Assembly: GCA_913020725.1 (NCBI GenBank)
Contig: CAJWCD010000054.1
Coordinates: 1-22,138, forward strand
Reading direction: 5' to 3'
DNA length: 22,138 nt
Source of the DNA: an uncultured Pseudomonadota bacterium
GTDB lineage: Bacteria; SAR324; NAC60-12
The notes beneath the pieces were generated by a model. The model searched no databases. It had not been told where the DNA came from and saw only the letters and a list, made by a program, of their open reading frames with translations. Of the stretch, positions 16,525-22,138 are shown piece by piece (the first letter of the stretch is position 1; every line of letters begins with the position of its first letter). A program made the translations under genes and the position numbers.

Positions 16525-17266
16525 GCGACCCCTGCGGGGCTTCACCCTGTTGGAATTGCTCGTGTCCATCGCGCTGCTTGGCATGGTGGTGGGCTTGGTT
16601 TACACGGCGTTCTTCCAGCTTTCCGGAGCGACCCGTGGCGTCCAGGACACCCTCTCGGCGCGTCAGGAACTGCGCTTGCTCATGAAGATGGTGCTAGATG
16701 ACCTGCAAGCCGTGCGCTACCTCAAGCACTGGGCCGCAGCGGGAAAAGACAAGGATCGCGTTTCCGGACTCAACGTCAGGCAGCAACAGGGGCCGAACAA
16801 CGAGGATTCCGGCATCCTCTCCATGCACGCTGCCGTGCCCGCGAAATTTTACGAGTTTGACAAAAACAGCGCAGTCGGCGATCCGGAACTGCACGAAATC
16901 GGCTATTTTCTGGAGTACGACGCTGGCGAGCAAATCTGGAAGTTCATGCGCCGGGAGGATTTCTACCTTGATGACGAATTCACGGAAGGGGGCAAGCGGC
17001 AGGTGCTTTCACGAAGGGTGAGAAAATTCATTGTTGAACTCCGGGTCGCTGAGAAAGAAGCGGCATTTGGTGGAGGTTTTACAGATTTGTGGGAATCGGT
17101 GTGGCCCGCACAAACGCACGACTGTGTAACCAACAAGAATGTTGGTTGCCTTCCTCTGGCAGTGAAATTGACCATGGGGATTGGATTGAGTGAAGACGAA
17201 ACCCTCGAGCAGACGCAGGAAATGAACCTGACGGTGCGTCCGCTCAATACGGAGTTGTTCAAGTGA
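16508..17266 (+). CDS. gspJ: Minor pseudopilin, GspJ-like
   Basis: 'RG|FTLLELLVSIALLG', long N-terminal helix ending 'DDLQA', C-terminal 'W...LPLAVKLT' typical of GspJ. ATG 16508. Confidence 0.8.
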   Translation: MSNPIKRPLRGFTLLELLVSIALLGMVVGLVYTAFFQLSGATRGVQDTLSARQELRLLMKMVLDDLQAVRYLKHWAAAGKDKDRVSGLNVRQQQGPNNEDSGILSMHAAVPAKFYEFDKNSAVGDPELHEIGYFLEYDAGEQIWKFMRREDFYLDDEFTEGGKRQVLSRRVRKFIVELRVAEKEAAFGGGFTDLWESVWPAQTHDCVTNKNVGCLPLAVKLTMGIGLSEDETLEQTQEMNLTVRPLNTELFK

Positions 17267-18660
17267 CATTGCCGAAATTCCCGGAACACGAGGAGGTGCT
17301 GCACTGGGTGTGGGCAGAGCAGCATTTTCGGACGGAGGACTTGCAGACGAGCGACGGTGAAGCGGTTGTGGTGGAATTTCCGGGCTGGGCCAATCGAGGG
17401 GCAGGGCCGGATTTTCAGGAGGCGCGTCTCCAGATTCAGGAGGCTTCCGGCGAGTGGGCCACACATGTTGGCGCGGTGGAACTGCATTTACGCAGTTCGG
17501 GATGGACTGCGCACGGCCACCACCGCAATCCGGACTACAACGGTGTGGTCCTGCATGTGGTGCTGTACCGTGACCGCAAAGCGTTGGCGTCACGGGAAGA
17601 CGGGCTTGCGATTCCGGAGGTCGAACTGGCCCCGCTGCTGTGGGATGCGTCGTTCCCACCCCACAAGGAAGCCAAGGTGCGGATGCAAAAACTTGCGGCG
17701 CTTCCCGGACGTTGCGGCGTCATCGGCACACCACCAAACATTCGGCGGGTGGTGGAACATGCTGCCGAGCGTCGCTTGCTGACGAAGGCGACCGCGCTGC
17801 TGGAACGCTGGGACGAGGGTGATCCGGAGGAACTGCTCTTCCAGCGCATCTTCCGTGCGCTTGGTTACTCCGCCCACGCTCAGCCCTTTGAGGAATTGGC
17901 AAAGCTCTACCCGCTGCAGGAACTGACTTCGCACTTGCGACAGCCAATCCGCAGCGCACGTGCCACTGTGCTTTCCCGCTGGTTCGGAGCGAGTGGACTG
18001 CTCGATTCCCGGCAACTTCCGAGCGGCCCGACAATCCGCCGAGAACTCCAGCAATGGCAATCCGAGTGGAAGGCACTGCCTCAGCAAGTCCGGGTGTCCA
18101 AGAAACTGCGGCAATCGTCCCGTCCGCAGAATGCTCCGGATCGCCGCTTGTTGGCGATGTTCCATCACTTGCGGCACGCCGCCACATCCGGGCTTACCGC
18201 GACTTGGCTTGAAGTGCTGGCCACACTGCAAGGACAAGCCGAGCAACCGAAGTTCCGCAACTGCATTCTTGAAGCCAGTCTTGCACGCTTTCCTACCCCG
18301 GAATGGGAATCGTGGGAGCAGTTGGGGGATTCCGGAACCTCGACTCGGCTGGTGGGACAGGATCGTCTGGTGATCATCTGGGGCAACGCGCTGTTGCCTT
18401 TTTTCTTGGCACAAGCTCGTCGTCAGCAGGACACGGCGTTGGAGCATCTGCTCTTCCGGATTTTTCTTGTGTTGCCGCCTGAAACGGACAATCGCATCAC
18501 GCGCTTCATGCAGCAGCGACTTGCGATCAAACCCTCACGCCAGTCTCCGGAAAGCCTTGGGCACCGTCAGGGACTCATCCAGATTCATGAGGATTTCTGT
18601 CGGAATTTTCACCAAGGCTGTCGGCGTTGTGAGTTGCCGGATTTGGTGAGTTTCCGTTGA
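17263..18660 (+). CDS. DUF2851 family protein
   Basis: 'PGWANRGAGPDFQEA', 'GAVELH..SSGWTAHGHHRNPDYNGVVLHVV', 'ALGYSAH', 'QGLIQIHEDFC...C..C' match the pattern I recall for DUF2851. GTGA overlap with the gspJ stop. Confidence 0.8.
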   Translation: MTLPKFPEHEEVLHWVWAEQHFRTEDLQTSDGEAVVVEFPGWANRGAGPDFQEARLQIQEASGEWATHVGAVELHLRSSGWTAHGHHRNPDYNGVVLHVVLYRDRKALASREDGLAIPEVELAPLLWDASFPPHKEAKVRMQKLAALPGRCGVIGTPPNIRRVVEHAAERRLLTKATALLERWDEGDPEELLFQRIFRALGYSAHAQPFEELAKLYPLQELTSHLRQPIRSARATVLSRWFGASGLLDSRQLPSGPTIRRELQQWQSEWKALPQQVRVSKKLRQSSRPQNAPDRRLLAMFHHLRHAATSGLTATWLEVLATLQGQAEQPKFRNCILEASLARFPTPEWESWEQLGDSGTSTRLVGQDRLVIIWGNALLPFFLAQARRQQDTALEHLLFRIFLVLPPETDNRITRFMQQRLAIKPSRQSPESLGHRQGLIQIHEDFCRNFHQGCRRCELPDLVSFR

Positions 18661-18663
18661 AAC

Positions 18664-21051
18664 TCAGAAGAGTCCGCTGATGGTGAACTCGAAGCGGTCG
18701 GGGGATTCGTAGCTGCGCGGGTCGAGTTTGGAGCCGTATTCAAAGCGCAGCACACCGACCGGCGTGATCACTCGCACTCCAAAGCCGGCACTGCGGCGCA
18801 GGTCCAAAAACGCGGGTTCCTTTTCTCCCAGCAGGCTGTACTGCACGCTCTCCGCGTTGACGTTCCCTGCATCCAGAAACACGACACCCCGCACAAAGCT
18901 GCGCTCGTCCTGACTGAGCGGGAAAATCAGTTCAAGGTTGAAGATGCGCTCGGCGGTGCCTCCGCCCACAAGTTGGGCCTTCTGGTCGGAACTCAGGTTG
19001 ACGGTGCGTTTGTCGCGGGTGGTGGTGGAGTTGTCCGCATTGATGATGGTTTCGAGGTTGTGGGCGTAAACCGCTCCACCGTAGGGTCCGGCGATGCGGA
19101 AGTAATTGTGGCCGCGCACGGTGTTGATGCCGCCGATGCGGTAACGTTCCTCGCTCGGAATGGCTTCGCTGCCCTGTTGGGCGAGGATTCCGAGTTGCGC
19201 CTTGGCCATCAGGATGAGGGTACGCGTGGGGTTGAGTGACCAGAATTGCTGGTAGTTGTAGCGGTATTCCCGGAAGTGGACGGTGCCCCCGAAGGGACGC
19301 CCGGTCTGGGTGACACTCAGGCTGCTTTTGATGCCCTCTGAGGGGAAGACCGGATGGTTGACCGAATTCCAGCTAATGCCCGTGGTCACGGAGCGCTTGA
19401 AGACGTCGGTGGCGTTGTCGGACTCGTAGAGGCGGTTGAGGGCACTGACTGAAACCGAAGCCCGCAGGTTGCGGTAATAGACCGGAACGCTGAAGCCGAG
19501 GCTGTACTGGTTTTCTGTGATGCTGCCGCGCTTCAACTCCGTGGAATCCGTGGAATTGCTACGGGAGAAGGAGATGCTGGAGGACACCTGCGACTCAAAC
19601 AGTCGGGGGTCAATGAGAGTGATGCTGAACTGGTTGGTGGTTGATTTCTCCGCAAACTGCGCACTCAAGCGCAGGGTGCGTCCGGTGCCGAGGATGTTGC
19701 CCTTTGAAAGCGAAAGTCCGCCGCTGAATCCGGAAAGGTCGCTGAAGCCCATCTGCGCCTGAAAGGTGCCAGTCTGCGTTTCCTTGAGGCGAGCGAGGAT
19801 GTCAAGGATGTTGTCGGCATCGGCGCGTCGGGAGCGGTTCAGCGTGAGTCCTTGCTCGAAGAAGCCGAGGCGCTGGATATTCTCTTGGCTGAGCCGCAGT
19901 TTCTTGCCGTTGAACAACTCGCCTTCCAGCACATCGAATTCGCGCCGGATGACGTGATCCTTGGTTTCGGCGTTTCCCGCGATTTCCACCCGCCCGATGT
20001 ACGCTTTCTCGCCCTTGATGAGCTGGTAAGTGACATCCACGGTCTTGTTGTCCTCATGGATGGTCTGACGCGGGATCACGCGGGCAAAGGCGTAGCCCTG
20101 CTCTTGGTACGCTTCGTTGAGAAGCGAACGGTCTTGGTTCTGGAGGAAGGGATTGTAAACCTCGCCCTCTTCCAGTTGCAGCTTTTCCAGCAACTCCTGC
20201 TTGTCGCCGAGGATGTCTCCGGAAATATCAATCTTGCCCGTGAAATACTGGTCGCCCTCGGTGATGTGGAGTCGCAAATCAACGCGGGCGTATTCCGGGT
20301 TGTGGATGAAGGTGACTTTGGGTTTGTCCAAGAAGACCTTGATGTAGCCGTTTTTGAGGTAGCGCTGGGTGATGAGCGCAAGGTCTTGGTTGACCATCTC
20401 CTCTTGAAAGACCCCGGAGTTGTTCATCCAACTGAAGCAATCAATCTCGGCACTGAGGATGAGGCGTTTGATCTCAAGTTCGGAGAGGAACTCGGTTCCG
20501 GAAACCCGGATGTCGGTGAGGAAGACACTGGGGCGCTCCGTGACCTCGATGAACAGTCGATACTGCTCCGGGGTTTGCTTCTCGATGCGGCTGCGGATGA
20601 CGACCCGCGAAAAACCCTCCTTGCGGTACTCGTTGCGGATGATCTCGATGTTCTGCTCGACCTTGAGTGGATCGTAGAAATCCAGCGCCTTGACGGTCAA
20701 TTTCTCAAGAGTCTGGTCTTTCGAGACTTGCACAATTCCGGTCACGTTGACCTCGGAAAGGCGGGGACGCTCCTGCACGACAAAGCGCAGACGATAGCCA
20801 TCCTCGATGGGTTCGACCTCGGCGCGGGCATCCACGAACAGTCCCATTTCGTAGATCGTTTGGAGGTCTATGCGGATGTTGCGGCGGTCCAGCGGGTCGC
20901 CGACTTGGCTTTCTAATTGATGGAGGATTTGCGCAGCCTCCAAGTCAGAGGTTCCGGAAATTTCGATATCCTGAATGAGGTAGGACTGTCCGAGGACGAA
21001 GCTCGGCAGACACGCCAGTAGTACAACCAGCCACAGTCTGCCTCGGAGCAT
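18664..21051 (-). CDS. bamA: Outer membrane protein assembly factor BamA
   Basis: Signal peptide 'MLRGRLWLVVLLACLPSFVLG|Q' from ATG 21051, repeated POTRA motifs ('IYEMGLF', 'YRKEGF', 'YLKNGY', 'YQEQGY', 'GNAETKDHVIRRE...RLGFF'), barrel 'GFGVRVITPVGVLRFEYG', terminal Phe. Confidence 0.95.
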   Translation of the reverse strand: MLRGRLWLVVLLACLPSFVLGQSYLIQDIEISGTSDLEAAQILHQLESQVGDPLDRRNIRIDLQTIYEMGLFVDARAEVEPIEDGYRLRFVVQERPRLSEVNVTGIVQVSKDQTLEKLTVKALDFYDPLKVEQNIEIIRNEYRKEGFSRVVIRSRIEKQTPEQYRLFIEVTERPSVFLTDIRVSGTEFLSELEIKRLILSAEIDCFSWMNNSGVFQEEMVNQDLALITQRYLKNGYIKVFLDKPKVTFIHNPEYARVDLRLHITEGDQYFTGKIDISGDILGDKQELLEKLQLEEGEVYNPFLQNQDRSLLNEAYQEQGYAFARVIPRQTIHEDNKTVDVTYQLIKGEKAYIGRVEIAGNAETKDHVIRREFDVLEGELFNGKKLRLSQENIQRLGFFEQGLTLNRSRRADADNILDILARLKETQTGTFQAQMGFSDLSGFSGGLSLSKGNILGTGRTLRLSAQFAEKSTTNQFSITLIDPRLFESQVSSSISFSRSNSTDSTELKRGSITENQYSLGFSVPVYYRNLRASVSVSALNRLYESDNATDVFKRSVTTGISWNSVNHPVFPSEGIKSSLSVTQTGRPFGGTVHFREYRYNYQQFWSLNPTRTLILMAKAQLGILAQQGSEAIPSEERYRIGGINTVRGHNYFRIAGPYGGAVYAHNLETIINADNSTTTRDKRTVNLSSDQKAQLVGGGTAERIFNLELIFPLSQDERSFVRGVVFLDAGNVNAESVQYSLLGEKEPAFLDLRRSAGFGVRVITPVGVLRFEYGSKLDPRSYESPDRFEFTISGLF

Positions 21052-21063
21052 TTGACGAAAAAC

Positions 21064-21209
<146 letters not shown>

Positions 21210-21210
<1 letters not shown>

Positions 21211-21887
21211 CATTGTGTGGGGCGGAGGGAGCCGTCCTCCAGCCGCAACTGGCGGGCCATGCGTTGGGCGAGCGCCAGATTGTGGGTGATCATCACCAAG
21301 GTGCCGTTGCGCTCGCGGTTGAGGTCGAGCAGGAGGTCCACGACTTGGGTTCCGGTCTCGATGTCCAAGTTGCCGGTCGGCTCATCGGCAAGCAGGATTT
21401 CTGGATCGCCCACCAATGCCCGCGCCACGGCCACTCGCTGTTGTTCTCCTCCGGAAAGCTGATTGGGCTTGTGCCCCGTGCGCTCGTCCAACCCCACCTG
21501 CCCCAGCAAATGCTTGGCCGCCTTCTGTGCTTGTGAGGACGAGTGCCCCCGAATGAGCAGGGGCATGGCCACGTTTTCTAGTGCAGTGAAATCCTGAAGC
21601 AGTTGATGGAACTGGAAGATGAAGCCGATGTGACGGTTGCGGAATCTGGCCCGGGCGTTGCGCGAGAGCAGATGAAGCGGTTCGCCCTGAATCAGCAGGT
21701 TCCCGGAATCCGGAGGTTCCAGTGCGCCCAGCAGGTGCAGGAGCGTGCTTTTGCCAGCACCGGATGCCCCCACAATCGCCACCGAATCCCCGGCTTCCGC
21801 CTGAAAATCAAGCCCCTTGAGGATTTCGAGGTGACGACCCTCGCCGTCGAGATAGCTCTTGTGGAGTCCGGAAACGTCGATCTGCAT
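21210..21887 (-). CDS. lolD: Lipoprotein-releasing ABC transporter ATP-binding protein LolD
   Basis: Walker A 'GASGAGKST', 'RNRHIGFIFQFHQLLQDFTALENVAMPL', 'LSGGEQQRVAVARAL', 'LADEPTGNLD', 'ITHN'. Adjacent to bamA. Confidence 0.88.
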
Positions 21888-22138
21888 CCGCAGGATGAGG
21901 AAAAATCCGTAAACTTTTTAGCATACGGAATCACGGATGCAGTCTCAAACGCTTTTCTGTTTTGGTCGTCGGACATGCCGGAATTCTTTTGTTTTGGCAA
22001 CTGCTTCGGGACGATTCATTTTGGCTCTCCACTGACGATAGAGAGGTCAGTTTCTAACCGGACCATGCTGAACCCACCCAAGATTTTCCAGAAAGGCGTT
22101 TTCGAGAAAAGCCAAGCAGGAGCAGGCGATGAGGTTTT

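Noticed and set aside
18655..18670. Terminator between the convergent DUF2851 and bamA genes
   Set aside because: Only 3 bp separate the stops and no hairpin with a U-tract is visible.
19852..20916. 354-aa + strand ORF opposite bamA
   Set aside because: Antisense shadow of a codon-biased gene, with no motifs.
21692..22000. 102-aa minus-strand ORF overlapping the lolD 5' end
   Set aside because: It overlaps lolD out of frame by about 200 bp and has no recognisable features.

Overview
Bacterial (diderm) chromosomal window with four blocks. (1) 1-6806, + strand: distal part of a surface-polysaccharide (O-antigen/capsule-type) operon: GT4, NAD-dependent epimerase, bi-domain oxidoreductase, WbuB-like GT4, wecB. 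(2) 6787-8529, - strand: an AT-rich two-gene islet encoding a cobalamin-binding radical SAM enzyme and a small ferredoxin with an atypical Cys motif. (3) 8672-18660, + strand, GC-rich backbone: hrpA, a CGFS monothiol glutaredoxin-rhodanese fusion behind a near-consensus sigma70 promoter, an IscA/ErpA-type carrier plus yggT bracketed by two copies of a ~110 bp palindromic element, an unlisted 52-aa membrane ORF, pseudopilins gspG-H-I-J, then a DUF2851-like gene where gspK would normally be. (4) 18664-21887, - strand: lolD and bamA, separated by a 147-bp array of 21 degenerate heptamers in two inverted arms that is open and in frame with bamA. No rRNA, tRNA, CRISPR array or intact transposase was seen. 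Family calls come from recognising motifs by eye; no database search was run. The best leads are the heptamer array, the radical SAM/ferredoxin islet, the Grx-rhodanese/IscA module with its flanking repeats, and DUF2851 as a possible Fe-S nuclease-fold protein.
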